A DNA stretch of 64,000 nucleotides from Mytilus edulis (lineage: Eukaryota). A model generated the notes under the pieces. That model saw only the letters and a program-made list of their open reading frames with translations, was not told the DNA's origin and ran no database searches. The stretch is from contig NC_092346.1 of NCBI RefSeq assembly GCF_963676685.1, positions 74,710,001 through 74,774,000 of the forward strand, read 5' to 3'. Positions 25,132 through 35,833 of the stretch are shown here, piece by piece. The stretch's first letter is position 1, and every line of letters begins with the position of its first letter. The position numbers and the translations under genes are program-made.

Positions 25132-28100
25132 ATGATAAATGAGCTTAGAAATGGAAAATTACTAAATACTAAACTTGTTCAAAGGGTATCCACACGTCTC
25201 AATCTTCAAAATCGGTTATCTAAAAATACTACCATCGCTAACATTTTTAACAATAAAAATCGTGGTTACCCTTCTATCGATAAGTGTCATGCCAAAAAAT
25301 GACTTACATGTCCCCGTCTTTCCACCAACAATACGGTAAGGTCCACGTTTAATGGTCGCACATTTTCCTTAAATTTTGAAACTGATATAACTTGAAAAAC
25401 AAACAGTATTATTTATTTACTCACATGAAACAAACCGGGATGTGGTATTCAGTACGTAGGAGAAACTGGACGATATTTATCTAAACGCACTCAAGAACAT
25501 CTGTATCGTTTTAAAAGACCCAATAAATTCAAAAGTATCATTTACCAACACCTTAAGAAGCACAACCATCCTTTTAAATATTTAGCAGTTCAACCTTTAG
25601 AAGTAGTAAATAAGCAGCCTGGTGAATCGCTTTCAAAGTTTGTACGATCACGGAAAATAATTGAATTAAATTGGATTAAAAAATTACAGACAGTTTACCC
25701 TCTCGGTCTAAATGATAATATCATGGGAATTGGTAATATATCTAGAACCAATTCCGTTAACATTTTGGATATAGTTTCTAAAACTGTTCGTAAAAAACGT
25801 TCTCACGGTCGTAGAACAAATCGCAATCAAAGAAAATTTCGGGCCAATCATACCAATATTTCGGACCTAATTTCCATTTCAAAAAACAACGGCAGACATT
25901 ATCTGTTAACAAAACTCTGTTCGTTACAGGTTAACAGGTTAAATACAATTTTGGAGGATTGCAACACAATTTCATATAGCAGTCCTAAGTATGAAATTGT
26001 TCAAATTATTATGGCATATTGTTATTCTAAATTATTTCCCAAATTTGATCGCCCTAAAGATCATAAAAAACATTTTATTAAAATTAAGTATGTCAATAAA
26101 GGCTTTGATTTTGTAAATATTGCCGGTATATTTAACGACCATTCTGTTAAAGAACAAATTCCTGGATATTTTGACAATACTGAGCTACCTCTTATTTGTT
26201 ATATTTACAAGAAATCTACCCGGAAATTTGTGTTTAATTATAGTCAAATGTGTAAAGATGTTAATATCAGTGAAAATACACCTACTTCATGTAATTGCAG
26301 TAATTCCGAATATATATATTTATGGACCCATTTCCCATGTTATAACAGGAGATCTTAACATCGTTCAAGACCGAGAGTTAAAATCATTCCTCAGTAAAGG
26401 ACCTAAATATCGTCCCCCGTCAATTATTAATTGGAATGAGTGTCGTAATATCATCAACGACTCACTCCATACTTACTGTATGAAATGGATAAAACGGGAA
26501 AAAGCTGACAAAAAATCTTTGGACTCTTTTTTTAATTCAGTAATGAAGATAGTTGATATACGTATTCAACATTTTAAAGAACATTTTACTATAAACAATA
26601 ACCACAATAAACCTATTTCTCGTATCAAACATAAACTAAAAGAACTAGCCAAGGAATTTGTTTTTGTCCCGGCAGATAAAGCTGCTAATAATATTATTAT
26701 TGTTTGACGTAAATTTTACATTGAGGTTCTGAAAAAGGAAATCACCAATTCACCAACATTCCAACTGACTCCATTTTCAGAAAACGAAATCTGTAACAAA
26801 CATAAACTTTTAGCCACCGCTTTACAAGCAGAGCCAAATACAATGAAAGTCCCAACTATGTATTGGCTTCCGAAGCTACACAAAACCCCTTACAAATATA
26901 GATTTATTTCGTCTTCAAGCCATTGTTCAACTACTAAATTGTCTATTCTTCTTACCAGCACACTTGGTACAATTAAAAACCTGATAATAAATTGTTCAAA
27001 TAAGGCCTTCGAAAATAGTGGAATAAATTACTTTTGGAGTGTCAAGAACTCGTTGGAAGTACTTGATAAATTGCATGCTTATATTGGTGATTTTGAATCT
27101 GTTCAAAGTTTTGATTTTTCTACCCTGTATACCACATTGCCTCACATTCTCATTAAGAAAAAATTCACACACCTAATTAAATGGGCATTCAAAAAATCAG
27201 AATGTGAATATATATGTTCAAACTCTTTTAGGTCATTTTTTAGTAGCAATAAACAAAAAAAACTATGTTAATTGGACATGCTTTGATACTATATATGCCC
27301 TTGAATTTTTACTAGATAACATTTTTGTTCGCTTTTGGGATTCCGTATTTCGTCAGATTATCGGAATTCCAATGGGGACTAACTGTGCACCACTTATTGC
27401 GGACCTGTTTTTGTATTGTTATGAGTTACAATTTATGACAAAAATAAGCAAAGACCCATCGAAACAACATCTGATAAACAAATTTAATAATACTTTTAGA
27501 TATTTGGATGATATTTTGGCTCTCAATAATGACGACTTCAGTATGTATATTAATGAAATTTATCCTGTTGAACTTACTTTAAATAAAGCTAATACTAACA
27601 ATGACCACTGCCCTTTTCTCGATCTTGATATCTATATCACTTATGGAAAGCTGAATACTAAAATTTATGATAAAAGGGATGATTTTTCATTTCCTATCGT
27701 TAATTATCCGTTTTTAGATGGTGACGTTCCCTTGTCACCATCTTACGGTGTTTATATATCTCAACTTGTACGATTTGCTCGTGTATGTAACAATGTTTTA
27801 GATTTTAACGAGAGAAATTTATGTATTACTGAAAAATTATTACACCAGGGTTTTCGATATCACAAACTAGTCAAAACATTTACTAAATTTTATCATCGGC
27901 ATAAAGACATCATTCGTAAATATAGCTCAACATGCAGACTTCTAATACGTTCAGGTATTTCACATCCAATTTTTTATGGTAATATTCTTTATAAAGCACA
28001 AAGGTGTCAGTATTCACCTCAGAAACTTACAAAACCTTTGAATAGACTTATTAAGAAGGGATATAATTACGATACTGTTGTCAAGTCATTAAAGATTGCA

Positions 28101-28151
28101 TATTTTGGCGTTAATATTGAGTCACTGATAAGGTCTTTGCATCGGAACTAA
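25132..28151 (+). CDS. Naiad EN-RT polyprotein (about 1000 aa) with 4 in-frame TGA (putative Sec) and 2 frameshifts in this copy
   Basis: ATG 25132; TGA at 25300, 25393, 25426 and 26705; frameshifts in a (TA)n run near 26311-26320 and an A8 run near 27255-27262; true stop TAA 28149-28151. Joins track ORFs 25117, 25723, 26120, 26843 and 27204 into one protein. Confidence 0.85.
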
Positions 28152-28200
28152 ACACATTATTTTTTTAAAAACAGTTGTTGGCATGACACGGGTTATGTTC

Positions 28201-28274
28201 TTCTCATATATGTTATGATGGTATGATACTAAACCCCTAACGGGAAGGATTGTGCCTGATGTTCATATGATGAA
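28201..28274 (+). promoter_or_regulatory. SECIS element (eukaryotic type II) in the Naiad 3' UTR
   Basis: Helix I TCATAT (28204-09) / ATATGA (28265-70); core A-TGAT (28215-19) / TGAT (28257-60); helix II GGTATGATACT / AGGATTGTGCC (10 of 11 pairs including GU); unpaired AAA 28231-33, 11 nt above the quartet; apical mini-stem CCC-CTAAC-GGG. Confidence 0.88.
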
Positions 28275-29814
28275 ATCATAATCTTTCAGTCAGTTTAATT
28301 GAAGTCTGGAGCTGGCATGTCAGTTAACTGCTAGTAGTCTGTTGTTATTTATGTATTTTTGTCATTTTGTTTATTTTCTTTGGTTACATCTTCTGACATC
28401 AGACTCGGATTTCTCTTGAACTGAATTTTAATGTGCGTATTGTTATGCGTTTACTTTACTACATTGGTTAGAGGTATAGGGGGAGGGTTGAGATCTCACA
28501 AACATGTTTAACCCCGCCGCATTTTTGCGCCTGTCCCAAGTCAGGAGCCTCTGGCCTTTGTTAGTCTTGTATTATTTTAATTTTAGTTTCTTGTGTACAA
28601 TTTGGAAATCAGTATGGCGTTCATTATCACTGGACTAGTATATATTTGTTTAGGGGCCAGCTGAAGGACGCCTCCGGGTGCGGGAATTTCTCGCTACATT
28701 GAAGACCTGTTGGTGACCCTCTGCTGTTGTTTTTTATTTGGTCGGGTTGTTGTCTCTTTGACACATTCCCCATTTCCATTCTCAATTTTATGAAAGATAC
28801 CAAAATAATATTCAAATTCATATGTCGAAAACAACTCGCAAATTCATTGCAAAAGACGAAAACAACGTTACGACAACTGTACAGCATAGAAAACTAAAGA
28901 ATGAGCAACACCAAACCCATCAGAAAATGATGTCAAAGGCTACAGAGAAAAGCCTCATGGTAAATGAAAATCCATCCATATAAAATTGATCGTTTAAATT
29001 TTATTTGCTTAATGTACTGCAATTTCAAGCACATCTTTTATGATTCAATGAAATACTAGCAGCTTCAAAAAGTATAATGGACAATATCGATTTTGAAATC
29101 CAAGTTTTGCCGAAATGGTATAATACATTTACATATCGATGAGTGGATTAGGCTCTTAAGAATTATCAGATCTCGAAATACATGTTTTCCCAAAATAAAT
29201 CTATTACCCTACTTTTTAGAAACAAAACGGTTTACTATTCAAGTCCCATAAAGGATATTATTGAGCTGTTTATAACAGCTAAAGAATGCATCAGAACCAA
29301 ATGTTCACTTATGATATAGATAAGGCGATGTGGTTAACAAACGCAACAGTAGTATACCGCTGTTCAAAAGTCATAAATGCATTGAGAAAAAAACAGCATG
29401 GTTACAAACTAAAACCAAGGTAAACACGTTAACTATCAGAGGAAAACAATGGAACAACAGAAACACTGAAGTGCCACAAAAACGAACGCTAACATACATA
29501 GAAACAAACTATTTGATAACAACTGCCACAGGACATTTAAGAAAAAAAGAATGGTTGGTTGAACCTTGTTTTTTTCGGAAGCCAAACCTCCCACTCATTA
29601 TTACCCGGTTTGTTTATTCCTGGCTTGTTTTGGTTTTTTGTTCATATTAGTTTTTGATTACCTTCAACTATTGTGTCGTTTTTGACTGGTGCTTATTAAC
29701 ATACATTAAATACTAGTATCCAATTTTAGTTTAGTTAAATAATTTGCAAATTGTATTCTGTAACATTTTTAAATGGACTAAAGCTTGTGAAGCACGTTTC
29801 AAACAGGACAAGCT

Positions 29815-30010
29815 CTGGAGGTTTAGCTAGCTATGAAACCAGGTTCAATCCACCATTTTCTACATAATAGAATGTCTGTACCGAGTCAGGAATGTGACGG
29901 TTGTTATCCATTCATTTGATGTGCTTTATCTTTTGATTTTGCCATTTGACTAGCGACTTTCCGTTTTGAATTTTTCTCGGAGTTCAGTTTTTTGGTGATT
30001 TTACTTTTTT
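29815..30010 (+). repeat. Dispersed repeat family (GCCTGTACCAAGTCAGGA core)
   Basis: Related copies at about 34300-34495 (+), 52650-52890 (-), 32575-32810 (+), 33150-33400 (-), 44645-44862 (-) and 29335-29590 (-). Confidence 0.75.
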
Positions 30011-30280
30011 TAAAACAGATAACTACTTGGATTCATAGATACGAGTCTTGTATTTGCATACTTGTTTGTGAATTAGTATGACAATCCCGGATCTTGCATG
30101 ATATTATTAATCCCTTTGTAAGGTATAAATGGCTAAATTTCATAACTAAATCTCCGGATGTTTTAAATCTTACCACTCTATATTCAAAATATAGTGTTTG
30201 AGTAGTAAACATCTAGGACGGTGTCTTTAGATCATGAAAAAAATAGCAATTATTTTGATTTACATTGAGTAAAGTTGGCA

Positions 30281-31531
30281 ATGGAATTTGATAACACGAC
30301 ATCACGTCTGGAGGAACTAAACCATGCGCAAGCGCTACGAAACATTCCGATAGTCGTGTATCTTGGATTAGTTGGAATCACGGGATGTATTGGAAATTCT
30401 TTAGTGTTTTACATCTATGCATCAATTTATACAAAATTAAATTCAAGAATTTTCTTACTTTTTCTTGCTGCAATAGACTGGAGCACTTGTGTCATAGATA
30501 TTCCGTTGGAAATAATTATTGTACTTAACGAATACAACTTTCAAGATACATTGCTATGTAAATTTTCCAGAACAGGAAACGCATTAACAACCCTTTATGC
30601 TGGTGGAGTATTGCTTGCAATTGCAGTTGACAGATATTTGAAAATTTGTCGCCCAGTGGGATTTCAAATTTCAAACAGGACGGCCAAATTACTCTGTATT
30701 GCGTTGTTTTTTGTTACACTTCTTCTCATATGGCCTGAATTTGTTATGAATGGTTTGCAAACTGTTGTGATCAAGGGTGAAGGATTAAATGGAACGGACT
30801 GTTCTGTCGGGGATGATTATCAAAAAACAGCATATCCGACGGTCTTCAAGTTTTTCATTTTTATTCTATTCACTGCATCGTTGTCAATAATGATTGTCAT
30901 GTATTGTCTGATCGGGAGAAAAGTGAGATTCTTTGCCTACAAAAATGAAAGGCGTGGAAGCCTGTCTAAGACTAATACGTTGGATAGCACCGAAAACTTA
31001 GACGATGTTTCTAATTTAAATGGGTTACATCTAACTGAGAATTCTAACACCGCTGCAATGAACGAGTATGTTCATGTGTCAATGAGTAAAAGTAAAGATA
31101 ATGTAAACACGACTTATAACAGCAATGACAGTATTGATGACTTAAAATCTATGGATTCACAAACATCTGAGATCGGGACAATTGAGAGAAAGAAACCATT
31201 CAAAATCCAACTATCTACTACCCAGCTGGATCAAATAAAACGCAGAAGAACGTTGGCGCGAAACACAACATATCTTATGTTTATTGTAACGTCTTCATTT
31301 ATCATTGCAGGCATGCCTTACATGATTCTTATAATTCTGAGCAATACCATCGACAACTTTGTGTTGAATTTGAATCCAAGTGGTAGGGTCGTATATGGTT
31401 TCTTCTTGCGATCATATTTTCTTGGTGCTGCTGTGAATCCTATAATATATAGTATATTTGATAGGCGATTTAGACACGCATGTAGAGGAGTGGCGAGGAA
31501 ATTTAAATTAAAGGTCTGCCGAACAGGGTAG
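30281..31531 (+). CDS. Class A (rhodopsin-like) GPCR, intronless, orphan/peptide-receptor-like (copy A)
   Basis: Seven hydrophobic segments; GN in TM1, LAAID in TM2, CK...AVDRYLKICRP, ECL2 Cys, NPIIY, helix 8 DRRFRHAC; N-glycosylation sequon NTT. First ATG is 30281 (the track start 30275 is TTG). Confidence 0.93.
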   Translation: MEFDNTTSRLEELNHAQALRNIPIVVYLGLVGITGCIGNSLVFYIYASIYTKLNSRIFLLFLAAIDWSTCVIDIPLEIIIVLNEYNFQDTLLCKFSRTGNALTTLYAGGVLLAIAVDRYLKICRPVGFQISNRTAKLLCIALFFVTLLLIWPEFVMNGLQTVVIKGEGLNGTDCSVGDDYQKTAYPTVFKFFIFILFTASLSIMIVMYCLIGRKVRFFAYKNERRGSLSKTNTLDSTENLDDVSNLNGLHLTENSNTAAMNEYVHVSMSKSKDNVNTTYNSNDSIDDLKSMDSQTSEIGTIERKKPFKIQLSTTQLDQIKRRRTLARNTTYLMFIVTSSFIIAGMPYMILIILSNTIDNFVLNLNPSGRVVYGFFLRSYFLGAAVNPIIYSIFDRRFRHACRGVARKFKLKVCRTG

Positions 31532-34221
31532 CTTGATGTCTAGTAAGCATATTTCATTAAACATTTGACGTTTATGATATGATATGTCTTGTGTTACTTT
31601 CTTTGTAATGCAATATTAGTGATACTAGCATAATTAAATTGGTAGGATTAATTAAAACTTTGAGAAAATAACAATATACACATTACTTGAATATGACAGT
31701 GTTTTATTTTTGACTTAAATTTTAAATACATTGTGGATCTTCTTTACTCCTAATCTATAAAGACAAGATTTTGATAAATATCAACGATGAAACTAAATGA
31801 AACTAAATAAATTATATTAAAGTATCAATAAAGACGGAGTTGCACATGGGTATTAACATTTCTTTTTTTTTTTGCATTTTAATTTTCCATTAATTTTTCC
31901 ACGAACATTGCTTAATTTGTTTCTTACACTTTTTATGACATCTGTATGTAAAATCTACAATAACTGATAGATATAGAGTGTACGAAGGTCTGAATTCCCT
32001 TTCAAAATATGCAATACTTTGAGCATACCAGCAGTAACTTCGAACTTTCTTTAAAGCGGTTATTTCATACGGAACTTCTGTTACCCAACAGTGTTTTTTT
32101 TTCTTTCTTTAATGCCTTTATCTTTCAGCTCTGTATATTCTGTGTATTAACTTTGATATAATTGACGGACGTGCATTTTCTGGTTTTATGTTGTCTTTCA
32201 ACCGTTTCAACTTTTCTTCCACATATTTTCATTGTATTAAAACATACCTTATTACAGTGAAAACATGGATATTAACGTATTTCTGTTGAATACATGGAGA
32301 ACTGCGATTACGCATTACGTGTAACGCATGTATTGCAGGACACGCTTATCCTGTTGACTAACCCGGTCTCAATCCATTTCTTGTTCATGCGATTCCCTCA
32401 GTTTTCCCTTGTTACCTTAGTAAGTCTTCTTAATCGATTTATAATTTGTCTTAATTTAACAACTGAACATTGTTAACTTCATTTAGGCGAAGTACATAAG
32501 CTTAAGAGTAGACACTTGGAGACATGAATGTAAAATAGAGCTGCTGTCCAGGTAAGATGGCTATTTAGAATCAACTGTTTATACCCACAATTTTTTTTCT
32601 TAAAATGCCCTGTACCAAGTCAGGAAAATGGCCATTGTTATATTATAGTTTTTTTTCTGTGTGTGTTACATTTTAATGTTGTGTTTCTGTTGTGTCGTAG
32701 TTCTCTTATATTTGATATGTTTCCCTAAGTTTTAGTTTGTAACCCGGATTTGTTTTTTCTTTATGGATTTATGAATTTCGAACAGCGGTATACTACTGTT
32801 GCCTTTATTTAGTATACAACTTATAAACGTTGATATAAACTAAGAACTTCAATACAGCGGCTATTGTTTTAGTGTACCTTTTGGACAGAGTCACATATTG
32901 CTCGTAGCGTTTCTACGTATATATACCACACTTGTGAGTCTTATGTTGACAAAAACGCGTTTGGAGAAACGAATTATTAGCCTTGTATACTTGATGAGTC
33001 TCCGGGAAAAAAGGAAATAAGGAATGGGAGTTAGATTTAACAAAATAAGTTATCACTCTTTGTACTGGTTGTCTACTCTCCTTTACGTTTGTTGTTTATC
33101 ATTAAGAATGTAAAAGAATATGCGATTTATATCTTTTGATATTGTATGAAATAAAGGCAACAGTAGATTACCACTGTTCAATAGTCAGAAATCGAAAAAG
33201 CGAAAAAAAACATGGTCACACACCAAATCCGAGGTCAACACATCAACTATAAAAGGAAAACAAGGGAAAAACAGAAACACCGAACTGCCACAATAACAAA
33301 CGCCATATAAACGGTCTATTTGAAAACAACTGCCATTTTCCTGACTTGGTATTGGACATTTTGAGAAAAAATGGTCGGGTAATTTTATGGTTAGCAAAAC
33401 TTCATGCTGATATGGAAATGTTAAAACTACTTTTAAATTGACATTACATGACAGGAATACTAACGCAATAACACTCAGAACAGAAAAATACATAAATACA
33501 TAATTTAATAGTGCATTACAACAAACCATGGATAACATTGGACCCCACCTCTCATGAATTTACAACAGTACATCAGCATACCTCAATAGAATTATGAACT
33601 GTGTGCTACACGAATGTATCAACGCCACAAGAAATGAAGTAAAATAGAATTATACAATTGGAATTGAGGTTTTATTGATGAAATATTTGATTTGTAATGA
33701 TTTATATGCTTTACATGCTCTAATTGGGTCCACTTTATGGTATGATGCAATTTCTAGCAAATTAATACACTATTCGAGCACTAATGTCAAAAACGATTGA
33801 AAGTTAATTTGCAATAATTGCAAAATTTATGCGAATGTAGAGTTTAAATTGAGGTAAGTGTAGTTTACTGATGTTCAATTATCATAAATCGATACAAATG
33901 AAGGTAATATGGAAATGCATGAGCACTAGTAGAGTCGTTCATCATCCGTCATGCTAATCCACACTCGTTCAAAATGTCATCGACCAGGAATTGTTAAAAA
34001 AACGGTAAAAATTACAGATCTTGCAAAAATTCATCATTCCAAGTTGATCAATTTTGAAAATAAAGCCCGAAAAAAGGAGCGTATCAAAATATTTGCTGTC
34101 ATGATTATGAATTAGCTTGAATGAACGAGTTTGCATCTATACATTATGAAACAAGATTAACTTGAAAATATAAGAGTCACAAATGTGACCTACCGAATTA
34201 GACTATTTACCCCTATTTGTG

Positions 34222-34497
34222 ACATTTTTACCTATTGTTTTTGTTGTTTTGTTCACACATCGTTGTCAATATAATGGAATTTGATGCGACTGTCATAGAA
34301 GTAAGAGGTTTAGCTAGCTTTAAAAACAGGTTCAATCCACCATTTTCTACATAAGAAAATGCCTGTACCAAGTCAGGAATATGACAGTTGTTATCCATTC
34401 GTTTGATGTGTTTGAACTTTTGATTTTGCCATTTGATTGGGGACTTTCCTTTTTGAATTTTCCTTGGAGTTCAGTATTTTTATGATTTTACTTTTTG
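34222..34497 (+). repeat. Dispersed repeat family copy (GCCTGTACCAAGTCAGGA core)
   Basis: Close match to 29815-30010 and inverse match to 52650-52850. Confidence 0.75.
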
Positions 34498-35833
34498 TTT
34501 ATAATGGGTAAGTGGTAATTTGGAAATCATTGAAATTAGTTATTGCAACACATTTTTCTGTGTCTGTTAATGCTTGAAATAATTTTTAATGGTTTTCCAA
34601 AATCAAAATGAAAAGCTACGGGTTCTTATAGCTTAATATAGAGAACACTCTTCCGTTGTAGTACTTTCGTGCATCATTTATTTCATGCTGATATTTTTTC
34701 GTTTACCATGTTTACTGGAGATATTCTATACCCAACACAAACTGTATTATGAATTATAGAATCGTTTATTTGTTTAGTTGCACCCCCTGATATTATCAAG
34801 AATATATTTAAAAGCATTTTAGCCGAGATCATGAATTTTAAAGTCGGGCCAGGATTGGCCAGTCAATTAGGAAAATCGAATTATTTTTTTCTCTTTAACT
34901 CTTATATTTTCAACATTGATCCCTGATCCTTCACAGAAAGATTGCATACATTTTGGTGCAGTTTACCTACTGTAAGGGAATTGTTTTAAAGGATTGTTTC
35001 TAATTTTCAAACTTTAAGAAATTGATATTTTTTAAGAAAAAATATTAAAGACGGTACCAATTTTGTGTAATCAAATTTTCCTACATATTCATTAAAACTT
35101 TTACGTCAACTCTCTTGAATTTCTCCTTTTTTCTATACTTCGGAACTTTAATATTATTTCAAGCTAAAAGATAGTTTTAATCAACTTCCCTGGAGTCTTT
35201 AAATAACATTACTTAAACTTAATGTATTTGTATAAGTATTTGTACAATAACTGATTTCCAGCACTACCAAGAGCTCAGAATGTTATTTGCTAAAATACAT
35301 AAATTTTCAAGTCTTATATGAAATGCATTAGACTTCCATATACCCATGTTTTGAATCACAGCTAAGCCTAATTGGACACTGCTGTTGAATTTTGAAACCA
35401 TGGTTCTTTAACTGTGCAATCCGATCGTTTAATTTGTTTTGTTCTATTGAACATTGGTAATTTTAAGGTTCTTCAGAAACGTGTTTCTGTTGATATATAT
35501 ATATTAAAAAAAAGAACAACATGAGAATGACTTAACCAATATTTTTTTTAATGAAAAGGGATAACTTTAACTTTGAATAGTTTGGTGTTCAAATAGTGAA
35601 AAAGCACATTTCTACAATAACTATGAGAATATACAAGATTGCATTTATCTAATCTAAAAACTGTGACGAGGGCTTCTAAAAAAAACAGCGCGACTACATT
35701 GTATTTTTTGTTTGTTACATATTTTTTAAAGGAGATATTAGTTAAGTGTTTTAGGAAATCATTCCCAAGTCTAATTTATTGGTGGAAAAAACTTCCCTAT
35801 CTCCCTTCACAACTTCCTCTGTGAATAGTCAGC

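Larger units (their letters stand above)
25100..28790 (+). mobile_element. Naiad-type Penelope-like retroelement (N-terminal GIY-YIG endonuclease, CxC linker, RT), putatively selenoprotein-encoding
   Basis: GIY-YIG (IIYLLT*NKPGCGIQYVGETGR...RTQEH...IELNWIKKLQTVYPLGLN) upstream of CxC (SCNCS, about 26290) and RT motifs PADKAANN, YWLPKLHK, FDFSTLYT, GIPMGTNCAP, FRYLDD, PFLDL. The 3' UTR ends in ACACATTCCCCATTTCCATTCTCAATTTTAT (about 28790), also seen as a dispersed copy near 61200. 5' boundary approximate; no 5' pseudo-LTR seen. Confidence 0.93.

Noticed and set aside
25117-28151. Reading the five separate track ORFs as a multi-gene locus or an ordinary dead pseudogene
   Set aside because: They join into one EN-RT frame; the stops are exclusively TGA at Cys-type positions and a SECIS follows.
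28275-28790. A second SECIS or a hammerhead in the Naiad 3' UTR
   Set aside because: Other ATGA occurrences lack a paired helix II with correctly spaced AA, and no CTGANGA/GAAA core was found by eye.
32930-33000. Further hammerhead-like remnants (also about 24620-24660, 43260-43330 and 43810-43920)
   Set aside because: Too degenerate; catalytic cores are destroyed, so they are not called as ribozymes.
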